Origin: Acidimicrobiia bacterium
GTDB taxonomy: Bacteria > Actinomycetota > Acidimicrobiia > IMCC26256 > JACDBD01
Direction of reading: 5' to 3'
Assembly: GCA_051002235.1 (NCBI GenBank)
Contig: JBPCMN010000069.1
Span: 670-64,669 of the forward strand
Length of the DNA: 64,000 nt
The position numbers and the translations under genes were made by a program. Of this stretch, positions 1 to 11,155 are shown piece after piece (positions within the stretch are counted from its first letter, which is position 1; each line of letters begins with the position of its first letter). A model generated the notes under the pieces. The model was not told where the DNA came from. It searched no databases and worked only from the letters and a program-made list of their open reading frames with translations.

Positions 1-1
1 C

Positions 2-2101
2 ACGAGCGACAACCTCCCCGGGGTCCCCGGCATCGGCGAGAAGACCGCATCCAAGCTCATCTCGACCTACGGCAACCTCGAGGGGGTCTTCGAGCACCTC
101 GACGATCTCCCACCCAAGCAGCGTCAGAACCTGGGCGAGATGCGCGACCGCGTGCTCAAGAACCGCGCGATGTCGGTGCTGCGCCGCGACCTTGACCTCG
201 ACGTCAAGGTCGACGAGTTGCAGCAGGGTGGCTGGGACCGCGAGCAGGTCCGGGTCCTGTTCGACCAGCTCGAGTTCCGCACACTGCTGCCGCGGCTGTT
301 CGAGGCGGTAGGCGAGTCGGCGGCGGAGGAGACGGTCGCGGACGCGTTCGAAGCCGACGTCAGCGTGCTCCGCGACGCCGACGCGGCCGTGCAACGGCTC
401 AAGGCGATCAGCGCTGCCGACGACCCGTACGTGCTCGAAGCCCGGTGGGCGGCCGTTCCGGGACGCAGCGACCTGCTCGGCCTGGGCGTGGCCGACCGCG
501 ACGACGAGGCCGTGTACCTCGACGCCGCGCTGCTCGGCGAGCCGTCCGTCCAGGACGCGCTGCGGGAGCTGCTCGGGCGGGACGGGCCACCGCTGGTCGC
601 GCACCGGGCCAAGGACCTCATGCACGGCCTCCACGTCGATGTCCGGTCCCTGCACCAGGACACCGCGGTGATGGCGTACCTGCTCGACCCGGCCGAGGGG
701 AACTACCGCCTCGACGACCTCGCACTCCGGTACCTGTCGCTCGAGGTGCGCTCGCCCGACGCGCCCGAGGAGTCAGGAATGCTCGACCTCGACGGTGAGT
801 CGGGTGCCGACGACACGGGCCGGCGGGCGCTCGCCGTCCGGCGGCTGGCGGGGGTGCTGGCCGAGGCGCTCGAAGCTCGCGAGCTCACCGACCTCTATGA
901 GCGGTTCGAACGGCCGCTCGTACGGGTGCTCGCGCGCATGGAAGAGGCGGGGGTCCGGATCGATCGCCGTTTCCTGGACGAGCTGCGCGGGGAGCTGAGC
1001 AAGAGCTGCGAAGACCTGATCGGGCGCATCCACGCCCACGGCGGGGAGGAGTTCAACGTCAACTCGACGCCGCAGCTGCGGCGGATCCTGTTCGAGAAGC
1101 TCGGGCTCGTGCCGGTCAAGAAGACCAAGACAGGCCCGTCCACCGACGCCGACTCCCTCCAGAAGATGGCGGCCGAGCACCCGATCGTCGAGGACCTGCT
1201 CCGGTACCGGGAGGTCGAGAAGCTTCGCAGCACGTATGCCGACGCGCTCCCGCCGCTGATCGGAGACGACGGCCGGATCCACGCCACCTTCAAGCAGACC
1301 GATACGACCACCGGGCGGATCTCCAGCGAGGCCCCCAACCTCCAGAACGTGCCGGTACGCACCGCCGACGGTCGGGAGATGCGCCGGGCGTTCGTCGCCG
1401 ACGACGGTTGCGGTCTGCTCACCGCCGACTACTCGCAGATCGAGCTGCGGGTGCTCGCGCACCTGACCGACGACCCCGGGCTCGTCGACGCGTTCTCCCG
1501 CCGGGCCGACATCCACACGACGACCGCGGCCCGGGTGTTCGGGGTCGAGGAGTCGGACGTCGACGAGTTCCAGCGCCGGTTCGCCAAGGTCGTGAACTTC
1601 GGGCTCGCGTACGGGATGGAGGCCTACGGCCTCGGACAGCGTCTCGACATCCCCACCGACCAGGCGAAGGAGATCCTCGACAGCTACTTCGAGAGCTTCC
1701 CCAACGTGAAGGTGTTCATGGACGAGACGGTCCGGGAGGCCAAGCAGCGCGGCTACACGACCACCATCTTCGGCCGGCGGCGCCAGATCACCGAGCTGTC
1801 GTCCGACAACTTCCGCATCCGCCAGATGGGTGAGCGCATGGCCCAGAACGCGCCGGTGCAGGGGTCGGCCGCCGACATCTTCAAGCTCGCCATGATCGAG
1901 CTCGACCGTGCCCTGGAGGACGCCGGTCTCCGCTCGAGGATGGTCCTCACCGTGCACGACGAGCTCGTCCTCGAAGTGCCGCTCGAGGAACGCGAACGGG
2001 TGGAGGCGATCGTGCGCGAGGTCATGGAGTCGGTCTGCGAGTTGAAGGTCCCGCTCGAGGTCGACCTCGGCTTCGGCCCCAACTGGGCCGAGGCGAAGTA
2101 A
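2..2101 (+). CDS. polA: DNA polymerase I, C-terminal ~700 aa (5' end lies upstream of the window)
   Basis: Reading frame is open from the window edge (frame of nt 2): TSDNLPGVPGIGEKTASKLI is the H3TH of the 5'-3' exonuclease. Pol I motifs follow: DYSQIELRVLAH, QGSAADI, LTVHDELVLE. Stop at 2099-2101. Confidence 0.95.
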   Translation, partial: TSDNLPGVPGIGEKTASKLISTYGNLEGVFEHLDDLPPKQRQNLGEMRDRVLKNRAMSVLRRDLDLDVKVDELQQGGWDREQVRVLFDQLEFRTLLPRLFEAVGESAAEETVADAFEADVSVLRDADAAVQRLKAISAADDPYVLEARWAAVPGRSDLLGLGVADRDDEAVYLDAALLGEPSVQDALRELLGRDGPPLVAHRAKDLMHGLHVDVRSLHQDTAVMAYLLDPAEGNYRLDDLALRYLSLEVRSPDAPEESGMLDLDGESGADDTGRRALAVRRLAGVLAEALEARELTDLYERFERPLVRVLARMEEAGVRIDRRFLDELRGELSKSCEDLIGRIHAHGGEEFNVNSTPQLRRILFEKLGLVPVKKTKTGPSTDADSLQKMAAEHPIVEDLLRYREVEKLRSTYADALPPLIGDDGRIHATFKQTDTTTGRISSEAPNLQNVPVRTADGREMRRAFVADDGCGLLTADYSQIELRVLAHLTDDPGLVDAFSRRADIHTTTAARVFGVEESDVDEFQRRFAKVVNFGLAYGMEAYGLGQRLDIPTDQAKEILDSYFESFPNVKVFMDETVREAKQRGYTTTIFGRRRQITELSSDNFRIRQMGERMAQNAPVQGSAADIFKLAMIELDRALEDAGLRSRMVLTVHDELVLEVPLEERERVEAIVREVMESVCELKVPLEVDLGFGPNWAEAK

Positions 2102-2143
2102 TTCGACGTCCTTGCGTCACCTATCCCGGATAGTTGTGGGTAC

Positions 2144-2878
2144 GTGACGCCGAAACCCCCTCGACCGGACTGGTTCAACCCGATCGCCGCATTCCTCGGG
2201 GCCGCCTACCTGCGCAACGCCTTCACCAAGGGCACCGAGCAGGAGGTCGAGTTCCTGGTCCACGCGCTCGGCCTCGAGCCCGGCCAGCGGGTGCTCGACG
2301 TCGGCTGCGGCCCGGGACGGCACGCGCTCGCCCTCGCCCGGCGCGGGATGGAGGTGGTCGGCGTCGACCTCTCTCCCGACTTCGTGAAGCTCGCCCGGGA
2401 GGTCGCGACCGCCGAGGGGCTCCCCGCCGCGTTCGCGGTGCTCGACGTGCGTGACCTCGCCTACGACGGCGCGTTCGACGCCGCCATCTGCCTGTGCCAG
2501 GGCGGGTTCGGGCTCCTCGGCGGAGCCGACGACGCCGCCGTGATCGAGCGGATCGTGCGGGCGGCCGAACCGAACGGGGGTGTGGCGATCACCGCCTTCT
2601 CCTCCTACTTCGCGGTCCGGGGCCTCGAGGACCGCGAGGACTTCGACCCGGGAACGGGTGTCCTGCGCGAGGTGGCGACGGTTCGAGACGAAGCGGGCGA
2701 GGAGCGCGACTTCGACGCCTGGACGACCTGCTTCACCGCCCGCGAGCTCACCCTGCTCGGTGAGACTGCCGGCCTCCGCGTCGACGCCGTCCACGGCGTC
2801 ACCCCCGGGCGGTACCGGGTCGCGCCGCCGGCGCTCGACCAGCCAGAACTGCTGCTCCTCGGCCGCCGCCGGGCCTAG
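2144..2878 (+). CDS. class I SAM-dependent methyltransferase
   Basis: 244-aa ORF with SAM-binding motif [29 protein letters not shown]. Confidence 0.8.
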   Translation: MTPKPPRPDWFNPIAAFLGAAYLRNAFTKGTEQEVEFLVHALGLEPGQRVLDVGCGPGRHALALARRGMEVVGVDLSPDFVKLAREVATAEGLPAAFAVLDVRDLAYDGAFDAAICLCQGGFGLLGGADDAAVIERIVRAAEPNGGVAITAFSSYFAVRGLEDREDFDPGTGVLREVATVRDEAGEERDFDAWTTCFTARELTLLGETAGLRVDAVHGVTPGRYRVAPPALDQPELLLLGRRRA

Positions 2879-3306
2879 GGATCGAGGACGACGACCGGGA
2901 TCTCCCGGTCGGTCTTCGTCTGGTAGTCGTCGTACGGCGGCCACACCTCAGCGGCGCGCGCCCACCACTCGTCCCGCTCGTCGCCGGTCACGACCCGGGC
3001 GCGCCGGTCGCTGACCGCGTCGCCGTCCTGGAGCGTGACCTCGGGGTCGGCGAGGAGGTTGAGGTACCAGACCGGATGCTTGGGTGCGCCGCCCAAGGAC
3101 GCCACGACCGCATAGGCGCCGTCGTGCTCCACCCGCATCAGCGCGCTCTTGCGGAGCTTGCCGGTGCGGCGACCACGGGTGGTCAGGATCACGCACGGCT
3201 TGCCCTCGAGCGTGCCACCTTCGCGGCCCCCGGTCTCCTCGTACTGGCGGACGTGCTCGGCGACGAAGTCCCAGGGGCTGGGTTCGTACTCGCCCTCGAT
3301 CGGCAT
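2875..3306 (-). CDS. deazaflavin (F420H2)-dependent nitroreductase-family oxidoreductase (DDN-like)
   Basis: Family-typical sequence: [51 protein letters not shown] chose the internal ATG at 3306 (MPIEGEYEP), preceded by a GGAGGAG RBS, over the ORF-track start at 3429. Confidence 0.8.
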   Translation of the reverse strand: MPIEGEYEPSPWDFVAEHVRQYEETGGREGGTLEGKPCVILTTRGRRTGKLRKSALMRVEHDGAYAVVASLGGAPKHPVWYLNLLADPEVTLQDGDAVSDRRARVVTGDERDEWWARAAEVWPPYDDYQTKTDREIPVVVLDP

Positions 3307-3433
3307 CAGTTGCTCCTCCCGTCCTCGGACAGTCCCTACTACCACGCGGCGCCGTTCGACCTGTACGCTGGTTGACCGGCCTACGCGCGAGGTGCGCGCG
3401 AGGTCGAGGTCTGGTTCCCGAGGAGTCAATCAG

Positions 3434-4933
3434 TTGTCCGAGCAGGAAGCGGCGGAGGCGGTCGACAGCGCCACTGCCCCCGAGTCGAGTGAAGCAGCGC
3501 CGGCAGCAGCGGCTGCCACCGCCTTGAGTGGCGAGAGCGGCGCCCAGGACGGCACCGTCGTCCTCGACGACCTCGGCAGCCAATCGTTCTCTGATGCGGT
3601 TGACGAGACCATCGTCGCGTTCGACGACGGCGACATCGTCAAGGGCACGGTCGTCAAGATCGACAGCGACGAGGTTCTGCTCGACATCGGCTACAAGTCC
3701 GAGGGCGTCATCCCGTCGCGCGAGCTCTCGATCCGCAACGACGTCGACCCCGGCGAGATCGTCCAGCTCGACCAGGAGCTCGAGGCCCTCGTCCTCACGA
3801 AGGAGGACAAGGACGGCCGGCTCATCCTCTCCAAGAAGCGGGCTCAGTACGAGCGGGCCTGGGGCACGATCGAGGAGATCAAGGAGAAGGAAGGCGTCGT
3901 CGAGGGCCCGGTAATCGAGGTGGTCAAGGGCGGGCTCATTCTCGACATCGGGCTGCGGGGCTTCCTCCCCGCGTCGCTCGTCGACCTCCGTCGGGTGCGC
4001 GACCTGCACCCGTTCGTCGGCCGCACGCTCGAGTGCAAGATCATCGAGCTCGACAAGAACCGCAACAACGTCGTCCTCTCGCGCCGGGCCTACCTCGAGG
4101 AGACCCAGCGGGAGCAGCGCGACGAGTTCCTCACCAACCTCAAGCCGGGCGAGATCCGCAAGGGCGTGGTCTCCTCGGTCGTCAACTTCGGCGCCTTCGT
4201 CGACCTCGGCGGCATGGACGGGCTCGTCCACGTCTCCGAGCTGAGCTGGAAGCACGTCGACCACCCCAGCTCGGTGGTCCAGGTCGGCGACGAGGTCGAG
4301 GTCCAGGTCCTCGACGTCGATCTGAGCCGCGAGCGCATCTCGCTCTCGCTCAAGGCGACCCAGCAGGACCCGTGGCAGGAGTTCGCCAACTCCCACGAGG
4401 TCGGCGAGCTCGTCTACGGACGGGTCACCAAGCTGGTGCCGTTCGGAGCCTTCGTGCAGGTAGGTGACGGCATCGAGGGGCTCGTCCACATCTCGGAGAT
4501 GGCGGCCCACCACGTCGAGGCGCCCGAGCAGGTCGTCACCCCGGGCGAGGAGCTCTGGGTGAAGATCATCGACATCGACCTCGACCGCCGTCGCATCTCG
4601 CTGTCGGTCAAGCAGGCGGCGGAAGGTGGGGTGGTCGCGGCCGAGTACCAGGAGCAGTTCGGCGAACACGCCTACGACGATCAGGGCAACTACATCGGCC
4701 CCGACTACACCGAGGGCGCGGCCGCACCGCCCGCGCCCGGGAACGTGCCGACGACCGACGAGGAGATCATCGTGGGCAGCGCCGCGGTGGCGGGGACCGT
4801 GGCAGCCGCGCCCGAGGTCGACGCCGCACCCGAGATCGAGCCCGCACCCGAGGTCGAGGCCGCGTCCGAGGTCGAGGCCGCGTCCGAGGTCGAGGCCGCG
4901 CCTCCGCCCGAGCCTGACGTCCCCGACGCCTGA
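3434..4933 (+). CDS. rpsA: 30S ribosomal protein S1
   Basis: Four or more S1 OB-fold repeats (GDIVKGTVVKIDSDEVLLDIGYKSEGVIP, GEIRKGVVSSVVNFGAFVDLGGMDGLVHVSE, GELVYGRVTKLVPFGAFVQV). Proposed TTG start at 3434 after GAGGAG. The ORF-track N-terminal extension from 3149 overlaps the divergent gene. Confidence 0.9.
   Translation: MSEQEAAEAVDSATAPESSEAAPAAAAATALSGESGAQDGTVVLDDLGSQSFSDAVDETIVAFDDGDIVKGTVVKIDSDEVLLDIGYKSEGVIPSRELSIRNDVDPGEIVQLDQELEALVLTKEDKDGRLILSKKRAQYERAWGTIEEIKEKEGVVEGPVIEVVKGGLILDIGLRGFLPASLVDLRRVRDLHPFVGRTLECKIIELDKNRNNVVLSRRAYLEETQREQRDEFLTNLKPGEIRKGVVSSVVNFGAFVDLGGMDGLVHVSELSWKHVDHPSSVVQVGDEVEVQVLDVDLSRERISLSLKATQQDPWQEFANSHEVGELVYGRVTKLVPFGAFVQVGDGIEGLVHISEMAAHHVEAPEQVVTPGEELWVKIIDIDLDRRRISLSVKQAAEGGVVAAEYQEQFGEHAYDDQGNYIGPDYTEGAAAPPAPGNVPTTDEEIIVGSAAVAGTVAAAPEVDAAPEIEPAPEVEAASEVEAASEVEAAPPPEPDVPDA
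4808..4897 (+). repeat. five tandem 18-bp units (6-aa A-P/S-E-V/I-E/D-A) in the 3' end of rpsA
   Basis: Direct reading gives gcgcccgaggtcgacgcc / gcacccgagatcgagccc / gcacccgaggtcgaggcc / gcgtccgaggtcgaggcc / gcgtccgaggtcgaggcc. Confidence 0.9.
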
Positions 4934-4946
4934 GGCGATACGTAGC

Positions 4947-5555
4947 TTGCTCCTCGTCGGGCTGACCGGCGGGATCGGCGCCGGGAAGTCGACGGTCGCG
5001 GAACTGCTGACGGCCAAGGGCGCGGTCGTCGTCGACGCCGACGAGGTGGCCCGTGCCGTCGCCGAGCCGGGGCAGCCCGCGTTCGACGCGATCGTCGAGC
5101 GGTTCGGGCCGGAGGTCGTTACCGCCGACGGCACGATCGATCGTGCCGCCCTCGCCCGGGTGGCGTTCGCCGACGACCAGTCGCGTCAGGATCTCGAGGG
5201 CATCACCCACCCCGCGATCAATACCGAGTTCACCCGCCGAGTGGCCGAATCGCCCACCGATCGGGTCGTCGTGCTCGACGTTCCCCTCCTGGTGGAGTCG
5301 TCGAAGGCGCGGGAGCGGCCGTACGAGGCGGTGATCGTGGTCGAAGCTCCTCGCGATGTCCGTCTCGCCCGGCTGGAGGCCCGAGGCGTGCCCCGAGCGG
5401 ATGCCGAGCGGCGCATGGCCGCCCAGGCCAGCGACGAGGACCGGCGGGCGGTCGCCACGCTCGTCGTGGACAACTCGGGCGACCGCGACGACCTCGCCCG
5501 CCAGGTCGACGAGGTGTGGGCCGAGCTCGAGCGAATACACCGCGAGAAGGGTTGA
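4947..5555 (+). CDS. coaE: dephospho-CoA kinase
   Basis: P-loop LVGLTGGIGAGKSTVAELL near the N-terminus and a single-domain length of about 200 aa. The start (TTG 4947) is uncertain. Sits in the conserved rpsA-coaE-uvrB position. Confidence 0.85.
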   Translation: MLLVGLTGGIGAGKSTVAELLTAKGAVVVDADEVARAVAEPGQPAFDAIVERFGPEVVTADGTIDRAALARVAFADDQSRQDLEGITHPAINTEFTRRVAESPTDRVVVLDVPLLVESSKARERPYEAVIVVEAPRDVRLARLEARGVPRADAERRMAAQASDEDRRAVATLVVDNSGDRDDLARQVDEVWAELERIHREKG

Positions 5556-5613
5556 CCGCGCCTACTCGCGAGTAGGGTTCCGCCTTCGTCCGCGTAGAAC
5601 CAGGAGCCCGCCC

Positions 5614-6075
5614 ATGCGGCGTGCCAGCACGCTCACCACCACCGCCCTGCTGACTCTCGGACTCGCAACTGCCGCCTTCGCTGGTGTCGCCGCTGCCGGC
5701 GAGCTCAGCAAGAAGGAGTACAAGGCCGAGATCAACGATGTTTGCGTGAGCGCAAACGAGGACCTCGGCGTGGTCTTCGAGGAGGTCTTCGCCGACCTCG
5801 AGGAGGACGAGGAACCGTCGCCGGAGCAGCAGCAGGCCGCCGCCGACGACGCCCTCCCGATCTTCCGGCAGATGCTCGACGACATCGAGGACCTCGACGG
5901 CCCGAAGGCGCTGAAGAAGAAGGTCGACAAGCTCGTGGACGGGTACCGGGACGTCGCCGACGAGATCGAGGATGATCCCGAGATCGTCTTCAGCGCGGAC
6001 GCCGAGGACCCATTCGTCAAGCTCGACAAGCAGGCGGCGAAGCTCGGCCTCGACGACTGCGTCCAGAGCGGCTGA
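5614..6075 (+). CDS. hypothetical secreted protein
   Basis: ATG at 5614 after a CAGGAG RBS. N-terminal signal-like segment [29 protein letters not shown], followed by an acidic helical region. No family recognised. Confidence 0.6.
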   Translation: MRRASTLTTTALLTLGLATAAFAGVAAAGELSKKEYKAEINDVCVSANEDLGVVFEEVFADLEEDEEPSPEQQQAAADDALPIFRQMLDDIEDLDGPKALKKKVDKLVDGYRDVADEIEDDPEIVFSADAEDPFVKLDKQAAKLGLDDCVQSG

Positions 6076-6133
6076 TCTCCGGGGGGTCGGCACCGGGCGT
6101 AACCGTCACACCCCGCCGGTACGATCGGGGGCG

Positions 6134-8161
6134 GTGCCGCCCCTCGAGCTCGTTACCGAACTGGAGCCTGCCGGCGACCAGCCGGCGGCCATCGAAGCGC
6201 TCGCGCGCGGGCTCGAACGGGGTGACCGTTACCAGACCCTGCTGGGCATCACCGGGTCGGGCAAATCGTTCACGATCGCGGGGGTGATCGCCCGGGCGCA
6301 GCGGCCGACGCTGCTGCTCGCGCCCAACAAGAGCCTGGCGGCCCAGCTCGCCAGCGAGTTGCGTGAGCTCTTCCCGAAGAACCGGGTCGAGTACTTCGTC
6401 TCGTACTACGACTACTACCAGCCCGAGGCGTACCTCCCCACGACCGACACGTACATCGAGAAGGACTCGTCGATCAACGACGAGATCGACCGCCTCCGCC
6501 ACTCGGCCACGAGCGCGCTCATGTCCCGGCGGGACGTCGTGATCGTGGCGTCGGTGTCCTGCATCTACGGGCTCGGCGGTCCCGAGGAGTACGCCCGCCA
6601 GGGCCTGATCCTCGACGTGGGGGAGGAGCGCGACCAGCGCTCGATCCTGGGCCGGCTCGTCGACCTCCAGTACGAGCGCAACGACTTCGACTTCGCCCGC
6701 AACAAGTTCCGGGTCCGAGGCGACACCATCGAGGTGTTCCCGGCGTACGAGGAACGGGCGGTGCGCATCTCGCTGTTCGGCGACGAGGTCGAGCGCATCG
6801 CATCGGTCGACCCGATGACCGGCGAGGTGGTCGAGGAGCTCGAGCGGCTGGTGCTCTTCCCGGCCTCCCACTACGTCACCTCCGAGGCCGGCATGAAGCG
6901 GGCTATCGCCCAGATCGAAATGGAGCTGAAGGACCGGCTGGCCTGGCTCGAAGAGCACGGCAAGCTGCTCGAGGCGCAACGGCTGCGGATGCGCACCACC
7001 TACGACCTCGAGATGCTGCGCGAGATCGGTGTGTGCTCCGGCATCGAGAACTACTCCCGTCACCTCGACGGGCGCGCCCCCGGCGAGATGCCCTACACGC
7101 TCCTCGACTACTTCCCCGACGACTACCTCGTCGTGCTGGACGAGTCCCACGTCTCCGTGCCGCAGCTGCACGGTCAGTACGAGGGCGACCGGTCCCGCAA
7201 GGAGACCCTGGTCGAGCACGGGTTCCGGCTCCCGTCGGCGATGGACAACCGGCCGCTCCGCTTCGACGAGTTCACCGAGAAGGTCAACCAGCTCGTCTTC
7301 CTCTCGGCCACGCCGAGTCCCTACGAGATCGAGGTGTCGAACCAGGTCGTAGAGCAGATCGTGCGACCCACCGGCCTGGTCGACCCCGAGATCGTGGTGA
7401 AGCCGACCAAGGGCCAGATCGACGACCTCGTCGCCGAGATCAACGTCCGTGCCGAGCAGGACCAGCGAATCCTCGTGACCACCCTCACCAAGAAGATGGC
7501 CGAGGACCTCACCGACTACCTGATCGAGCTGGGCATGCGGGTCCGGTATCTGCACAGCGAGGTCGACACACTGGAGCGGATCGCGATCCTGCGCGACCTG
7601 CGGCTCGGTGAGTTCGACGTGCTCGTCGGCATCAACCTCCTGCGCGAGGGCCTCGACCTGCCCGAGGTCTCGCTGGTCGCGATCCTCGACGCCGACAAGG
7701 AAGGGTTCCTACGGTCGGAGACGTCGCTCATCCAGATGACGGGGCGCGCCGCCCGTAACGTCGACGGGTCGGTGATCATGTACGCCGACCAGGTCACCGA
7801 TTCGATGCGGCGGGCGATCTCCGAGACCGGGCGGCGACGCAAGAAGCAGCTCGAGCACAACGCCGAGCAGGGCATCGACCCCCAGACCATCCGCAAGAAG
7901 GTCACCGACATCCTCGAGATGGTGCGCGCCCGTGAGGGCGAGGAGGTCACCGTCGGCGGGGGCGGTGGGCGCCGAGGCCGGGGCCGGGCCCGCCGTCAGG
8001 TCTCCGACTTCGCCGAGCTTCCCCGCGACGAGCTGGGCCGGCTCATCCAGAGCCTCCAGGAGGAGATGCACGAGGCGGCCAAGGAGCTGCGCTTCGAGGA
8101 GGCCGCCCGCCTGCGGGACGAGATCAACGATCTCAAGCGCGAGCTGCGCGAGGTGTCCTGA
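6134..8161 (+). CDS. uvrB: excinuclease ABC subunit B
   Basis: Walker [10 protein letters not shown], helicase motifs and the C-terminal UVR domain [23 protein letters not shown] start at 6134 chosen. The ORF-track start at 5972 overlaps the upstream gene. Confidence 0.95.
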   Translation: MPPLELVTELEPAGDQPAAIEALARGLERGDRYQTLLGITGSGKSFTIAGVIARAQRPTLLLAPNKSLAAQLASELRELFPKNRVEYFVSYYDYYQPEAYLPTTDTYIEKDSSINDEIDRLRHSATSALMSRRDVVIVASVSCIYGLGGPEEYARQGLILDVGEERDQRSILGRLVDLQYERNDFDFARNKFRVRGDTIEVFPAYEERAVRISLFGDEVERIASVDPMTGEVVEELERLVLFPASHYVTSEAGMKRAIAQIEMELKDRLAWLEEHGKLLEAQRLRMRTTYDLEMLREIGVCSGIENYSRHLDGRAPGEMPYTLLDYFPDDYLVVLDESHVSVPQLHGQYEGDRSRKETLVEHGFRLPSAMDNRPLRFDEFTEKVNQLVFLSATPSPYEIEVSNQVVEQIVRPTGLVDPEIVVKPTKGQIDDLVAEINVRAEQDQRILVTTLTKKMAEDLTDYLIELGMRVRYLHSEVDTLERIAILRDLRLGEFDVLVGINLLREGLDLPEVSLVAILDADKEGFLRSETSLIQMTGRAARNVDGSVIMYADQVTDSMRRAISETGRRRKKQLEHNAEQGIDPQTIRKKVTDILEMVRAREGEEVTVGGGGGRRGRGRARRQVSDFAELPRDELGRLIQSLQEEMHEAAKELRFEEAARLRDEINDLKRELREVS

Positions 8162-8260
8162 GGCGCGTTCGGGGTACGACCGCGGGGCAGCCGCCCGGAG
8201 AAGCCGAGCACTTCGTCGAACATCCGTTCGATCCGGGCCCGCGCCCGGTAGGATGAGCGC

Positions 8261-11134
8261 GTGGCGGAGACGCTCACAGTCCGCGGGGCGCGGGAGCACA
8301 ACCTCAAGAACGTCGACCTGGAGCTGCCGCGCGACCGGCTGATCGTCTTCACCGGGATCTCGGGCTCGGGAAAGTCGTCGCTGGCGTTCGACACCATCTA
8401 CGCCGAGGGCCAGCGCCGGTACGTCGAGTCGTTGTCGGCCTACGCGCGCCAGTTCCTCGGTCAGATGGACAAGCCCGACGTCGACTTCATCGAGGGCCTG
8501 TCGCCGGCGATCTCTATCGACCAGAAGTCGGCGTCGCGGAACCCGCGCTCGACCGTCGGGACCATCACCGAGGTGTACGACTACCTCCGCCTCCTCTACG
8601 CGCGCATCGGCATCCCGCACTGCCCGAACTGCGGCCGGGTGATCACGCGCCAGACGCCTCAGCAGATCGTCGACCGCGTCCTCCAGCTCCCCGACGACAC
8701 CCGGTTCCAGGTGCTGGCCCCGGTCGTGCGGGGTCGCAAGGGGGAGTACGAGGGGCTGATGTCGGAGCTCGCCGGTCAGGGGTTCACCCGCGCCCGTATC
8801 GACGGCGAGGTCGTCGAGCTCGCCGACGTGGTCGGATCGGGGGCGGGCAAGTCCCGCCTGGCGCGCTACGAGCAGCACACGATCGAGGTCGTCGTCGACC
8901 GGCTCGTGCGCCGCTCGGGGATCGAGCGGCGCCTCACCGACTCGCTCGAGACCGCGCTGCGTCTGGCCGAGGGCGTCGCCGAGGTCGAGATCGTGCCGCG
9001 CCAAGAGGACCGCAAGACCGACGACGAGCCCGAGATCCTCACGTTCTCCGAGCATCTCGCCTGCACGCACTGTGGGCTGTCGTTCGAGGAGCTCGCCCCC
9101 CGCAACTTCTCGTTCAACTCGCCCTACGGCGCCTGCGACCGCTGCGACGGCCTCGGCACCCGCTTCGAGGTCGATCCCGAGCTCGTGGTCAACGACGACG
9201 ACCTGAGCCTGGCCGAGGGCGCGATCGCGCCGTGGTCCGGCTTCCGGAGCCAGTACTTCGACCGCGTGCTCTCGTCCCTGGCCGAGCAGTTCGGCTTCTC
9301 GGTCGACACCCCGTGGCGGAAGCTGCGCAAGCGCGACAAGCAGGCGGTGCTGTACGGGTCGGGCACCAAGGAGGTGCAGGTCTCGTACAAGAACCGGTAC
9401 GGGCGGCGTCGTTCGTACAAGACCCGGTTCGAAGGTGTGATCCCGTGGCTCGAGCGACGCCACTCCGACAGCGAGAGCGACCGGGCGCGCGAGCAGATCG
9501 AGGGCTATATGCGCGAGGTGCCCTGCCCGGCGTGTGACGGCGCCCGCCTCCGCCCCGCGTCGCTGGCCGTCACCATCAACGACAAGAACATCTTCGAGGT
9601 CGGCGAGCTCTCGATCGCCAGGGCGGCGGTGTTCCTGGGCGGACTGGAGCTGTCCGAGCGCGACCGGATCATCGCCGAGCAGGTGGTGAAGGAGGTCAAC
9701 GAGCGCCTGCGGTTCCTCCTCGATGTCGGCCTCGACTACCTCACGCTCAACCGGGCGTCGGGGACGCTCGCCGGAGGAGAGGCCCAACGCATCCGGCTGG
9801 CGTCCCAGATCGGGAGCGGGCTCGTCGGCGTGCTCTACGTGCTGGACGAGCCGTCGATCGGCCTCCACCAGCGCGACAACCGCCGGCTACTCGACACGAT
9901 GGTGCGACTGCGCGACCTCGGCAACACCGTCATCGTGGTCGAGCACGACGAGGAGACGATCCGAAGCGCCGACCGTGTCGTGGACATCGGGCCGGGGGCG
10001 GGGGAGCACGGCGGCGAGATTGTCGTGGCGGGGAGCCTCGACGACGTTCTAGGCGAGCCCCGGTCGATCACCGGCCAGTACCTGAGCGGCGAGCGCGAGA
10101 TCCCCATCCCCGAGATGCGGCGCCAGCCCGGTGAGGCGTGGTTGACGGTGCGGGGTGCCCGGGAGCACAACCTCCAGGACATCGACGTCGAGTTCCCGCT
10201 CGGGTGCTTCGTCGCCATCACCGGCGTCAGTGGCAGCGGCAAGTCGACGCTGGTCAACGACATCCTGTTCCACGCCCTGATGCAGAAGGTGTACCGGTCG
10301 CGCACGGTGCCGGGAAGGCACAAGACGATCGAGGGCGCCGAGCTCCTCGACAAGGTGATCAACATCGACCAGTCGCCGATCGGGCGGACGCCCCGGTCCA
10401 ACCCCGCGACCTATACGGGCGTGTTCGACAAGATCCGGGCGCTGTTCGCCTCGACCCAGGAGGCGAAGATCCGGGGCTACCAGCAGGGCCGGTTCTCGTT
10501 CAACGTCAAGGGCGGGCGGTGCGAGGCGTGCGCCGGCGACGGGACGATCAAGATCGAGATGCACTTCCTGCCCGACGTGTACGTGCCCTGCGAGGTGTGC
10601 AAGGGCGCCCGCTACAACCGCGACACGCTCGACATCACGTTCAAGAACAAGAACATCGCCGAGGTGCTCGACCTCTCGATCGAGGAGGCGCTCGAGTTCT
10701 TCGCCAACCAGCCGACGATCGCCCGCCAGCTCCAGTGCCTGTTCGACGTCGGGCTGGGCTACGTGCGGCTGGGCCAGCCGGCTCCGACGCTCTCGGGCGG
10801 TGAGGCCCAGCGGGTGAAGCTGGCCTCGGAGCTGGGGAAGCGCGCGACCGGCCGGACCGTCTACATCCTCGACGAGCCGACGACCGGGCTGCACTTCGAG
10901 GACGTGCGCCGGCTCCTCGGGGTGCTGATGCGGCTGGTCGAGACCGGCAACACCGTGCTCGTGATCGAGCACAACCTCGACGTGGTGAAATCGGCCGACT
11001 GGATCATCGACCTCGGCCCCGAGGGCGGCGACGCCGGCGGCCGGGTGATCGCCGAGGGCTCACCCGAGCAGGTGGCCAAGACACCCGAGAGCCACACCGG
11101 CCGGTTCCTCGCCCCGATCCTCGGCATCGACTGA
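8261..11134 (+). CDS. uvrA: excinuclease ABC subunit A
   Basis: 957 aa with two ABC modules ([23 protein letters not shown]; [15 protein letters not shown]), two LSGGEAQR signatures and CxxC zinc modules. Confidence 0.97.
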   Translation: MAETLTVRGAREHNLKNVDLELPRDRLIVFTGISGSGKSSLAFDTIYAEGQRRYVESLSAYARQFLGQMDKPDVDFIEGLSPAISIDQKSASRNPRSTVGTITEVYDYLRLLYARIGIPHCPNCGRVITRQTPQQIVDRVLQLPDDTRFQVLAPVVRGRKGEYEGLMSELAGQGFTRARIDGEVVELADVVGSGAGKSRLARYEQHTIEVVVDRLVRRSGIERRLTDSLETALRLAEGVAEVEIVPRQEDRKTDDEPEILTFSEHLACTHCGLSFEELAPRNFSFNSPYGACDRCDGLGTRFEVDPELVVNDDDLSLAEGAIAPWSGFRSQYFDRVLSSLAEQFGFSVDTPWRKLRKRDKQAVLYGSGTKEVQVSYKNRYGRRRSYKTRFEGVIPWLERRHSDSESDRAREQIEGYMREVPCPACDGARLRPASLAVTINDKNIFEVGELSIARAAVFLGGLELSERDRIIAEQVVKEVNERLRFLLDVGLDYLTLNRASGTLAGGEAQRIRLASQIGSGLVGVLYVLDEPSIGLHQRDNRRLLDTMVRLRDLGNTVIVVEHDEETIRSADRVVDIGPGAGEHGGEIVVAGSLDDVLGEPRSITGQYLSGEREIPIPEMRRQPGEAWLTVRGAREHNLQDIDVEFPLGCFVAITGVSGSGKSTLVNDILFHALMQKVYRSRTVPGRHKTIEGAELLDKVINIDQSPIGRTPRSNPATYTGVFDKIRALFASTQEAKIRGYQQGRFSFNVKGGRCEACAGDGTIKIEMHFLPDVYVPCEVCKGARYNRDTLDITFKNKNIAEVLDLSIEEALEFFANQPTIARQLQCLFDVGLGYVRLGQPAPTLSGGEAQRVKLASELGKRATGRTVYILDEPTTGLHFEDVRRLLGVLMRLVETGNTVLVIEHNLDVVKSADWIIDLGPEGGDAGGRVIAEGSPEQVAKTPESHTGRFLAPILGID

Positions 11135-11155
11135 CTCTGTCTCTGGCGACGACAC

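Noticed and set aside
2948-5134. Very long antisense ORFs opposite known genes (this 728-aa ORF opposite rpsA; also 7709-9868 opposite uvrB/uvrA, 15268-17529 opposite uvrC, 53969-57121, 17857-19449, 6017-7555 and others).
   Set aside because: These are typical high-GC shadow ORFs. Their translations are Arg/Pro/Gly/Ala-rich with no motifs, and the opposite strand encodes unmistakable conserved proteins.
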